Origin: Macrostomum hystrix
Lineage: Eukaryota; Animalia; Platyhelminthes
Assembly: GCA_950097015.1 (NCBI GenBank)
Contig: CATNEN010000007.1
Span: 3,534,001-3,598,000 of the forward strand
Direction: 5' to 3'
DNA length: 64,000 nucleotides
The notes below the pieces were generated by a model. It was not told where the DNA came from. It saw only the letters and a list, made by a program, of their open reading frames with translations, and did no database searches. The position numbers and the translations under genes are program-made. Position 1 is the first letter of the stretch, and each line of letters starts with the position of its first letter. Positions 27,201 through 39,200 of the stretch are shown here, one piece after another.

Positions 27201-30200
27201 GAGTCGCAAGCTGCCAACCAAGAACAACCCTGGGGGGAGGGGGCGCTCACGATTGTTACAACAACAAGCCAGGGCATTCTTTGGCTTTTGGTCAGCCAAG
27301 CATAAGCAGCAGCAGCAGCTACTACAATAGTCTTCCACTTTTTTCTAACCTTGATGATTTGACAAGTGCGACCCTCTGAGGAATACTTTTTCAACTTGGA
27401 TTCCCTTCTCTTCAATGAGTCTGCCTGGTCCGCGAGCTGGTCCGGCCATTGTAAACTTTACATTTAAAAATTATATTTTTGTTTAAACTAGAATTAAAAT
27501 AACTGTCATGTTACGAAAAAACTTCGCCCTTTGGTTCTGGTTCATAAAGTATGAAAAAAGAGTGGTTTGACCAAGTTTTGCACGATGACCAACTAAAATG
27601 ACCATTACGGAAAGGAACGATGACCAACTAAAATGACCAGTTCGGAAAGGAACGATGACCAACTAAAATGACCAGTTCGGAAAGGAACGATGATAAACTA
27701 AAATGACCATTACGGAAAGGAACGATGACCAACTAAAATGACCAGTTCGGAAAGGAACGATGACCAACTAAAATGACCAGTTCGGAAAGGAACGATGACC
27801 AAGTAAAATATCAATCAGGAAAAGGGAAGATTATCTATTTTAATGATCAGGACAGCGAAAAATATTAGTTAATTTAATTATTTGGCCAACTATAAAAACT
27901 GCCTGAAAAAGGACAATGACCCATAGGTAGTCGCCACGAATCTCTTGTTGACAGTTTCACTAACAAAACAACGAACCTGTCCGAGTTGCTACTCGAGTCG
28001 TCGCTGTCGCCTCCGCCGCCACGAGCTCCTCCGCCGCCGTCACGTTCGCCTTCGCTGTCGGTGTCGCTGCTTTTGTCTTCGAGTTCGCGTCGATAATAGC
28101 GCTTTGGCTGAGCGGGCGGCGGCGGCAGCTGCGACTCGGGCTTCTCCTCTGGCTTCTGGCTCGGCAGCTCGTCCTTAGCCGAGCCAACCTGAGTGAAAGT
28201 GTTGGAAAAACTCGACTTGGTGTAGCCGGAGGCGGGCGCTACCGCCTGAGTGGTTTTAGAAGGCCCGGAAGCCCGACGGTCGCCGTCACGGCCTCGACCG
28301 CGGCTTCGGCTCCGACTCCGACTACGCCGACGTGCGCGATTCCTGGACGAGCCGCGCCGACGATCTCTGGACGAACTGCGAGAAAAGCGGCGGTGACCGC
28401 TGGACGAGGATGACGAACTGGACGACGCTGAAGATGCCGAACTCGAGGAAGTCGACCCAGAGCGATTCCGACCGTGGCCGCCGTGGCGCTGGCGGCGATC
28501 TCTTTCCGCTGAACGCCTAGACGACCGGCGGGAAGCCGACGATGACGACTGCGGCTTCGCGGCGGGCTTCGCTGCCAGCCGTGGCGGCAGCTGCGGGCCA
28601 TGCTGCACCGGAATGTCGATTGTCACGGCGGCTGCCGGCGGAACAGCCAACGAGCCGGCTGAGGTGGCGGAAGCTGCTCCGGAAAGTTTCTTCCCACTCG
28701 GCTGGGATTTCAGTGGACGCCCGCCGACTGTGATTCCGTTGGCTCCGCTATCGTCGTCTTCTTTGTTGCCGTTGCCTTCGTCGGATGACGACGACTTGCC
28801 GGGCGACAGCTGGGGCAGGGCGCTGTGGGTAATGGCACGAGTTGCTTTTAGATTTCCTAAGTTAGTAGATTGGAAATGCCAGGGTTCTGGTTCTGCTTAA
28901 GGTATTAGTAACAATTTCAAAGAAATAGTAACGTATTCAAACAAAAAAGTAACGAATTCAAAGAAGCAGTAACGATTTTTTAAAGTAGTAACGATTTTAT
29001 AAATAGTAACGATAAAAAAGTAACGCTCTAAAAATAGTACCGATAAAAAGGTAACATTTTCAAAGAAAAAGTAACGAATACCTAAGAGTAGTAACGATTT
29101 CAAAGTAGTAACGGTTATAAAGATATAGTAACGATCTCAAAGAGATTAGTAACGACCTCAAATGGTTTTGCAACTATCTCAAAGAATAACTAAATATTTG
29201 AACGGACTAGTAACGAATTAAGCTATCCTATTTATTTTTTAACTAAAATTAATCATAGCTTCTACAAAACACATATTTTAAATACTAAATTGACCGATTC
29301 TTTATATGCAGGCTAAAAAACCGTTACTCACTACATTCGGCGCTGCGCAGTGTGAACATCGTCAATTTCAAATCTGAAAATTGAGAAACAAAAATGAAAG
29401 GATAAATGAATTATTCAGCATAAAAGTGCACAATTATTTTAGCATAGCAGCCGCTAGACAGATACAATGAGACATCAACCCGCGAGCTTAAAATCTGGTC
29501 TGGTTTGTCCGCAATCTCGCTCAGTTTCTGTTAAAACAGGCACATACGCGCACACACACACAGACACACACAGAGAGTTGTAGTGTAGCTGACCTGCAGT
29601 CAGTGTCTGTCTGCTTATGTATTTGTGAGCGTCGAAAAATCAAGAATAAAACTTTAAACTCCCACAAAAAGCCGATAATTTTTTCAAAGAAATGAAACTT
29701 AAGAAAATGCAGGCAGAATAAAGTTTCGTTCGGCCTCTACCATTCTCTACTAGAAGAAACGAAAGCCACGTAGAGAAAAACACCACTGGGCTTTTATTTA
29801 GGCCGCTGATCTCACTAACGGACGACTTTCGGTGGAGTAAAAATTCGGCCAACAACCGGCTGGTCCAGCCTGCAGGTCGATTGTCCTCATCTTGAACCGC
29901 TAGATTCTCCAAGCTGCCCTCTCTATTCTGACTCCAAAAAGCCTATAATATCTCCTCTTCCTGCGATTCTAGCTTCGACTCTTGATGCGATTCTAAATAA
30001 GGTTTTAGCTGCGATTCTAGATAAGGCTCTCGCTGCGATCCTAGATAAGGCTGTTGCTGCGATTCTAGATAAGGCTCTTGTTGCGATTCTAGATAAGGCT
30101 CTTGCTGCGATTCTAGATAAGGCTCTCGCTGCGATCCTAGATAAGGCTCTTGCTGCGATTCTAGATAAGGCTCTTGTTGCGATTCTAGATAAGGCTCTCG

Positions 30201-33200
30201 CTGCGATTCTAGACAAGGCTCTTGCTGCGATTCTAGATAAGTCTCTTGCTGCGATTCTAGACAAGGCTCTTGCTGCGATTCTAGCTAGAACTCAGTTTTG
30301 CAAAGATTTTGAATTAAAAAAGCACGCCTACTGGACTTCATTGTAAACAGACCGGAGTTCGGATATCGAAATAGAGCATCGAGTTGTTTCAAAAAAGTTG
30401 TTTAAATCTAGAAGGTCCTTAACGAATTGAGCTCGTTATATAGTTCTTGTTTGCTAAGCCATCTTTCATGCTTCTGATAATTAGACTTCAAGCGAGATTT
30501 TCATATTAAAACCGGCATGCGAGCACGTTCAACTTCGAGAAGCTTTGAGAAAGTTTTTTTCATCAAAAGACAAAAGTCCGAGAGCAAAAAGCTGGGACAC
30601 TGAGGACTGGGCATTGCGAGTCTTGATAAAAAAAGCAAAGCTAGACCAAGATTTGATAAAAAAATCAAAGCAAACAAATCTTCCATTAGTCTGGACCTGA
30701 CTTGACAAGCACATTTTTGCCAGTTAGCAAGACTCGAAGCGCAGATAATGGCGAAATTTGAATAAAAAACTGAGTAAAGAAAATCTGTAAAGAAAAGAAA
30801 ATCAGAGTAAATGGGAGAACAAGTGTGCTACTGTTTATAAGTGTATCAGCAAAACACGTGATTTGTCACGTGATCAACGAGCAACGGACCAGAACAGCTA
30901 ATGGGACTATGAGGCTTCAAAAATCAGGAATAATAGCACTGCTAGTCAGTTTCACAGATATGGGATTCTAACACAGCTAACGGGAATCTAGTTTCACAGA
31001 TCTGGGATTCTAACACAGCTAACGGGAATCTAGTTTCACAGATATGGGATTCTAACACAGCTAACGGGAATCTAGTTTCACAGATCTGGGATTCTAACAC
31101 AGCTAACGGGAATCTAGTTTCACAGATCTGGGATTCTAACACAGCTAACGGGAATCTAGTTTCACAGATCTGGGATTCTAACACAGCTAACGGGAATCTA
31201 GTTTCACAGATCTGAGATTCTAACACAGCTAACGGGAATCTAGTTTCACAGATCTGGGATTCTAACACAGCTAACGGGAATCTAGTTTCACAGATCTAGG
31301 ATTCTAACACAGCTAAGTTTCAGTTTCTGGGATCCGGGATAAAAAGCTAGAGTCCAGTCACCCCAGTCACTCCACCATCCTCACCTCAGCGGTCGCAGCT
31401 GACTTCGCTGTTTCAATCGCTGCTCCTTGAACATGCGCCTCTCTCGGCGAGACTTTTTGCCCTGTTAAAGTGTTGGATTTAAAACGCGCATTTATTAACA
31501 TGTAAAGCATTATTCTCACACAAGCGAACCATTGAGCCATGTTGCATAATTGGATCCCTAAGGGAAAATTGCGATTTCAAAACTCTTGTGAAAGGAATCC
31601 TAATAAGATTGACTAATAAGCAAAAATAATCCCACAAGAGGTGACTGTTGCGCAACCCCATTCTTGACTGAATTAAGGAAAATTTTACAATGATAATTTT
31701 CACTTCCCATTGTTGGCTTGAGAGCCTCTCTCTGCTGACTCTAAACCCACAACCGCACAATCATAACCGTCATTCTATGACTCTATGAGAACACAGGAGC
31801 TGAAGAGACACAATGTGGCTTAAATAAGCGACCAGGCAAGTGGTCTCTGGGGAGCTTGGGACGATGCGAATAATTTGGTTATCTTGTTTGGCGCGCGTCT
31901 GTTGCAGAAAACTAAAAAGAGGGATCAACATTTTGCCTGAGAATTTAACGCAACGAATTTAAATGCATCAAATGATATGGCTTCATTTAAGCTATGATAG
32001 GTAGATTACTCATGACAACAGCATTATCCTTACAGAATTATCCCTGACACAGAAATCCTGACAGCACTATCCCTGACAACAGCAATCCTGACAGCACTAT
32101 TCATAAGAACAGCATTATCCTTACAGAATTATCCCTGACACAGAAATCTTGACAGCACTATCCCTGACAACAGCAATCCTGACAGCACTATTCATGAGAA
32201 CAGCATTATCCTTACAGAATTATCCCTGACACAGCAATCCTGACAGCACTATCCCTGACAACAGCAATCCTGACAGCACTATTCATGAGAACAGCATTAT
32301 CCTTACAGAATTATCCCTGACACAGCAATCCTGACAGCACCGACAGCACTATCCCTGACAACAGCAATCATGACAGCATTATCCCTGACAACAGCAACCC
32401 TGACAGTGTTATCCCTGACAACAGCAATCCTGAAAGCATTATCCCTAAAAGCACTATTCCTGACAACAGCAATCCTGACAGCATTATTCCTGACAACAGC
32501 AACCCTGACAGTGTTATCCCTGACAACAGCAATCCTGACAGCATTATCCCTGACAGCACTATTCCTGACAACAGCCTGACACTCACCGACATCTGCGCCC
32601 GCTCCTCCTCTTCAGCCTTGGCCAATCGTTCCGACTCCTCCAGCTCCTTGTCTAGCCGCAGCAGCTTCAAGAAGTCGCTCTTCTCCATGCCGTATTTGTG
32701 CGATACGGTCAGCACTGCGCACACCTGCTCGGGTGTTAACTTCTCCGGCTCGATGTCGACGTCTGTCGATTAAGGGAGGAAAAAGAAAATTTTGTACAGC
32801 CAGTGGCGCAGCTGCAGCTATTGCGAGGCGCTTCCAAAAGCTGTGTACAATTATTCAGTCCGTGGACTGGGGAGTCCGCTGTACTAAGCCAGGTATCTAC
32901 CCTAATTGATGCTGGTTAGCTCGTATGGATTTCACAGCTGGTTGAACTGAAGCACATAATTCTTACTCAAGGACACAAATTGTCCCCATGGGTCTGAGGG
33001 TTCGAACTCCCGACCTTCTATTCAGAAGTTCGAAGCTCAAACCAATGGGCTAAAAGCTCCCTTAAAGCTTTTTTGATTAAAAAAACGTTCAAATAAACCA
33101 CTTTCCCCCCCATCTATTGATCAGGTTAGAAGCAATCAGATCGAAGATCGAAGATGAACTAGCCGCAGAATTGTTCTAGCAAAAACAAGATAAACTCGAG

Positions 33201-36200
33201 AAATCTGGTCACGCAAGCTTCGCTTAGAAGCAAACAAAGCGCAGAGAAGTCGACAAAAAACACATCCACAGACGAGTCACATTGATTGTTTTTTAAGAAA
33301 GGAGACCGATCGCTATGTGAAATCAGTGGATCTGGTGAAGTAGCTCATTGAGCACTGGCTGCCGACTCAGTTCGGAAGAGCCCCCGGATACACTCACGAT
33401 GATGGCGGAGTTCGAGAGCTGAGCCGTCAAAAATCGGGCCGTCTCTTCAAATGAAAAAAATTCGCCAACTAAAAATCGCCGCGGCCGGGCACTAGAAGTC
33501 AGCCAGCTCAGCGACTGCCTCTCCACTCGGTATGACGCGCACAAGCGCACACGTGTTTTTTTCAAGCCCTAGTGGTTACTAGCCAACCGCGTCACGCAAC
33601 GCCAACAAGAATAAAGAAGGCCTTCGACAGATTCTGTCAGTCTTTGTCTCACGCAGAGAAACCCAATGGTTCCGCTCGGTGCCATACCCAATCCTAAGGG
33701 CAAAAAACTAATACACACACAGTGGGACAAACGAGTCTGGTTGACGTTGCTACAAAGACCAGACTAAGACTAGAGAAGAGGAAAGGGGGCAGGGCCGGCA
33801 CGATATTTTAAGTGTGCGCTCGCGCGAGCAAGCAACAGTAAGAGAGAAATTGGCGCCACAAACGCGACCTGGCCTACAAAAAAGGTGGGCGGAATGTCCC
33901 AGGGGTTAATTAAAGAGGACCAGCAGTCAGCTGCCGCAATCGTTAATTATATTGGCCAAATGGGGGGAGACCAGAGAGACCAGTTTAACCCTCGGCCCAA
34001 CCACCCGCCAAAAAATGACGAGGAAAACAATAGGGCGGCTAGGGGAGAAGGCGAAAAAATCCACGACCACACGGAGTTTTCGAGTTTCCTCACCCACCTC
34101 CAAATTCATTTTCCCAGAGAAGGGGAGACAGCTCAACAGACGCCGCGGCGGGGCGAAAAATATATACCTGTATATAACTATAATGGAGAATTAATCAGCT
34201 ATTCAACAGCTGGCAACCGACAGAGGGAGCGACTGAGGGACAAGATAGCCCCTCCTACGGACTTCGCCAGCGAAAATTAATTTCCAGACGACCACGGCAC
34301 AGACGCCGTTTTTTAAAGATCCCTGCCCAACCCCCCAAGACTCCAAAATGAAGGAAAGAAGGAAAGGCCAGTCGCTCTTTTAACACCTGATCGATCGATT
34401 TCAGTGATATGTATATGAGCATCAATCTATTATTGATTATCGGCCACCAATTTTCAACCAAAAGACCTGTCAAGCTTTCAAGCGACGGATCAAATTAAAA
34501 TATTGGTGGCCGCACACACCCACACGGTCGCTCATTAGATAACCAGCAAATACAGAAGCCAGCTCAGTGCTAGATGAAGTTAACCGAGACAGGCATTCTT
34601 GGGCAAACACTTGTCATCCAAGCTGCTGGCTGTGTCCACAGAAATGTTCGCGAGCAGCTTCTTTTTGAACCACTTGTAAGGGGAGTAGGATGCGCGCAAT
34701 CGAAACTTGGCCAGCTGCTGCTGTTGCTGCTTCTAAAAGCACAGAAGCAGCATAATGGAGGAATGTCATTGGGCCCAAAAGAGAATGCCTTCTTGAGCTG
34801 CGAGTGCCATCTCATCTTCAGGTCAAACACAGACGACGGTGCTGACAAAACAGGCTCAAACAGCTTCAGGTTGCTTCCCTGTTTGCACACCGGCCAAACA
34901 CCCGCAAACTCTCACCTGGGATGAGTGAGCATTTTAGCCCAGTAGTTTCCAGGCATATTAACCATTTACCTTGCGATTTTACATCATCATCGAGTTTGCT
35001 TCCTTTTTCGTTGCAGTTTTAAATAACATAATCAAAACGAAGGGTCCTAAGTTCGAATCTTCAGCAAAGCCACATTGCTGAGTAGCCAGGAAGAGGGTTG
35101 TGGGCTTGGCGAAAAATTTAGGCCCAAAAGGGCCAACCATCAAGGCACAGCGAGTGTTTTAACACTGCCTGACGATGAGATAGTACGGTACGCATTTCTC
35201 AACCCATATGGCTCTAATTTATCCGTAATTCTCTTTCATCAATTATTTACGAGTACTTATTATCGTTTGTGCCACTCAATACATAGTACACGTTTCACCA
35301 CAATGATGGGCCGAAAAAATTCCGCGACTTCTAAATTTTTGCATCCGCCCTAATCAGGAGGGCAGGCCGACGGAATCTGACAAAGGGTGCAACGAAGCGG
35401 CTCGGAGCTCAGAAGTTTCCCAGGCAGCATCAGCAGCAGCAGCAGAGATCAGCGGTGGTATAGCGGGAATAGAGAAGATAGAAGACAGAGCAGCGCAGGA
35501 CAAGAAGCGATGCGCAACAAGGCGCCAGTTAAACTTCAAGCTCAGCTGAGCCGCTGGGCTCATCCCTAACAGAACCCGCCGCTTCGTTCCGCCCCAGAGA
35601 CAAAACTCCGGACCGAGACCTCGAGGAGGAGCTTATAAAGGCCTATTGAAATTGCATCCAGCGGAATTCTGCCTAAATTGCATACAGTTTCGTGATGAGT
35701 TAGGGAAAAAACTTTCCGCCGCTGTCTCTCCCATTTCCCAAATCCCGGACATTGTCGATCGAGTCGCGACAGTTTGAAAAAAAGCAACCATGAGGGGAGA
35801 GTCGGGGGAAGCGAAAAAAACAGGGAAAACAGAGAAAGCAGAGAAACAGGGAAATCGGGCTGGCCCGACCAGAGTTGCTGCTATCCCGTGGAAAAAGCTA
35901 AAGGGCCCGGTCGACAAACCCTAAGCCGGGTAGGGGAGACCTGACCCATCATCAAATCCAGCACACCTGCTCTTCCGCCTCCTGTGTTGGCATCGGCGGT
36001 GCAACACACAGCCAACAACTCTCTTCTTTCCTCCATCCAGCTTCCGCCCTCTGTCTCCGCTTTCGCTTTAGCTGCTGTAGGCCTTGGCCAAACGGCCTCC
36101 CAAATCCATTCTCACAGCCGTCGCCAGAGACCAAAGCCCTGGGCGGAAGCGCGGAGAGGCCAAAGGCATGGCTAAAGGGAAATGAGAATTGCACCGACTG

Positions 36201-39200
36201 CGTGTGCGCCTGTCGGCTTTTTTTGGGGGCCGCACTCCGATCCGCTCTCCGTTAGCCCAAAGACGGACTGGCGGAAATTCTCCCAACAAAAAAGGACCAC
36301 TTTTTTCCCCTTGTTCTTCCCAATACTATGTTGCCAAAAAATTATCTCCGCTTACCCGGCCTTCTGTTAGCGGGGATCGGATTTGCTAAGAGTTGGCCGA
36401 TCACATCCCATCACACCGCAGGGCGCAAACACACAGGCACAGACCCAGCAGGAGTTCAGCTAGCAATCAGTCTGGATCCGATTCTCTCCTATTCTACACT
36501 GTCAGCTACCAGCTCCAAGCTGATTTTTCTAACAAAAGCTTGCCTGTCTCTATAGCCACAGAACCCAACCTCATGAAACCAGGCTGAAAGAGCCTAGGCG
36601 AAAAACTCCCGTAACAGGTGGGGCGCGCGAAATTTCTAGTTAGGTACAGGGCCCGCCCCCCCGGCAGCCGAGAATGCGAGCAGGATGCTGGAATTCTACG
36701 CTGTGCAAGCAGAGCAAGATGAATATATACAAACACGAATGCGCACACATCGGCACAAACACGCGGGACAAAGAGGGCGGGTCTGAATTCTACAGTGGAA
36801 GAATTTCCGGCTATATCAGACAAGACAGCTGCTGCTGCTGCTGAAGCATGTGCTTTAAACACTTGCCGGGGTCAATAAGCTAATTGTTTGGTATGAAACT
36901 GAAATTTCGAAAGAGATCCAGATTTTTTCTAGGAGATAATTAAAAAAAACAAATAACACAAAACTGTCTGTTATAAATACAGATAAAAGCGCAAATGGAA
37001 ATGAGATGTGAATGAGCGAGAATTGAAAATCCATCTGTCCTCAAGCGAGTAGAGGCAAATATAAAAAGCGAGGCCCCACTGGACGTTCTCCTTGTGAAGA
37101 CTCAATTTTAAGCTTTCAAAAGAAAAGCTAAATTAGCTACAGCACAAGAAAAAACTCACAGGACAATTATCAGCATTTCACGCCTGATAGTTCGCGCTTG
37201 TCAAATTCTTTTAAAATCGAAAGAAATTGGGCAGGAGAAGCAAACGCTTCTAAATGGGATGGAAATAAAAGACAATCGACTAGAATAGGAGGTGAAAAGC
37301 AAAAAGTTTCTTGCCATCTTGACTATTAAACGCGTCTGTATAATTCCGTCACCCGAAAACTGCAATGACCCACAACGGCAAGGTGAATTGTCGCATCCCA
37401 CTGACACAAATACATCCCTGTGTATTTATCATTAAAAACTGATGGATAGCCCTTGGCGGACTCGACTTTTTTGACAGGCCATTGTTTGAACATCGGTCGC
37501 TCGCAAAGCTTTTTTTATAATAATTCTGCCACTCCGACTCAAACCCCATTGGGATCTTGTGCCTGGCGGGAGACGCTGCAAAGGGATAAAAGCCAGTTGG
37601 CCTCGAGGGAGGAGAAGAAGAAAAAAGCAAGAGAGAATTGCAGCAGGTGGCAGCGCTTGTTCCAATTTCATGCGCCTCCTACCCAATGCAATGCCCTCTC
37701 ATTTCCAGCCACTTTGTGCGCCAAATATTGAGACCAGCAAGGACTAGCCGCCGCTGCCGCTGTCCCAGTTCTATCCTTCCTTTCAGTTAATCCAATGCAT
37801 CTTATCTATTACTCTATAAAAGAGATTGTAGCCACCAAGACAGTGTCCGGTTCGCTGTGTAGGATTAGGCACTGTAGCTGTTTTATAATGCAAACAGCGG
37901 CCTGCTATCCATTACTGCCGCCGAGAAACCCAACACACTCTTCTATAATCAGGAGGCATGTCGTGGGTGTTTTTTCACTCCTTGAGTAGCCTCCGATGCA
38001 CAAAGAGCTGGCGGATGAGATTCAAGAACGAGAGAAGCTATAGTTCCAGTCTTTTTGCAACACCTCCATAAAGGGCCAGTTTTTCTTAGAATACAACAGC
38101 AATCTCATTCTCAGAACTCCCCATTCTTATAACTAGCCCTTTGCCTGTTTCTTAGTCCCTCCTCTCCCATTCTCGGTCCGAAACAGGCAGAATAGGCCGC
38201 TATTCAAAAGCTCCCCTACATGCCGCCATGTGCTGAGCATAAGACGGAGCGGTAGCCCTTTCCGCTTCTGCTGGCTCACATTTTTCTATCTTAGCGGCGT
38301 TCATCGGCGGCGCGCCTTCCAGCGGCGTCGCAAGTCCTTTGTCGGCGCGGGAGGGAGTAATCAGGACATCACGGGGCATCAGGGTAGCCAGTTCAATGTT
38401 TGCGGCGGACACTGCCCATTTCTCACTTGCGTATAATAGGGTCACGGCATTTTCTCAAATATTCTTTAACCGACGCTGCCCAAAGCTTTGAGCGGAAGTA
38501 GATCACAGGGGAACAGTGTGTAGCACGCACGGGTTCCTGTTCCAGCAAGAGCAGCAGCAGCAGCAGCAGCAGCAATTCCCGCTTGATCCTCAAGAAAACT
38601 CAACTTAGAAGAGAAAAAACTCCAGTGGGTGGGTTAGGCCGACCACTCGCCTAGCCGCTGTTGGTTGCCGCGCGCGCCGCCGCCAGAAGAAAAGAAGGAA
38701 AATATAAGGCCCAGCAATCCTTTATTCTCTATCTTTTATTGTTGAATCTCTTGCACTTGACTCAATTAAGTGACGCTTTCCTCTGACAGCTGCTGTCCGG
38801 CAGTTCAGGGCTGGCAGTGTTTGTGGGGCCAGCACTTCCTGACGGCATGTCCGCCGACTGAGCTGGTGGGGGGCTGCGAATTGCGCTTAATGCATTTTTC
38901 CTAGGCGTATATTGTTGCGATACCGTTCGCAATGTGTAAACTCGTTGCTGCTTTTTTGCATGCACAAATATCAAGATTGCACCTGTCAAATAACTAATCT
39001 AATAATAAACGCTACCTAGCGGGCAGGCAGGCCGGTTACTCATTTCCACTGCAGTCGGAGTTTTAATTAACAACCATGGCAATTAATAAAAGCACAACAA
39101 AGGCAAAGAAAGCTTACCAATATCCTCATCCGAAATGTCCATGTCGGAATTGGAATCGTTGCCAGTATCGGCAGCGGGTGCGTGCACAGAGCTGGTGCTG

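Noticed and set aside
33323-33565. Candidate CLASRP exon (..VLNELLHQIH)
   Set aside because: It ends in a stop, and the real exon 5 at 39313-39406 fits both phase and order.
33885-34924. ORFs 33885-34280 and 34574-34924 as a nested gene
   Set aside because: No motif, alternative start codons, and no coherent exon chain.
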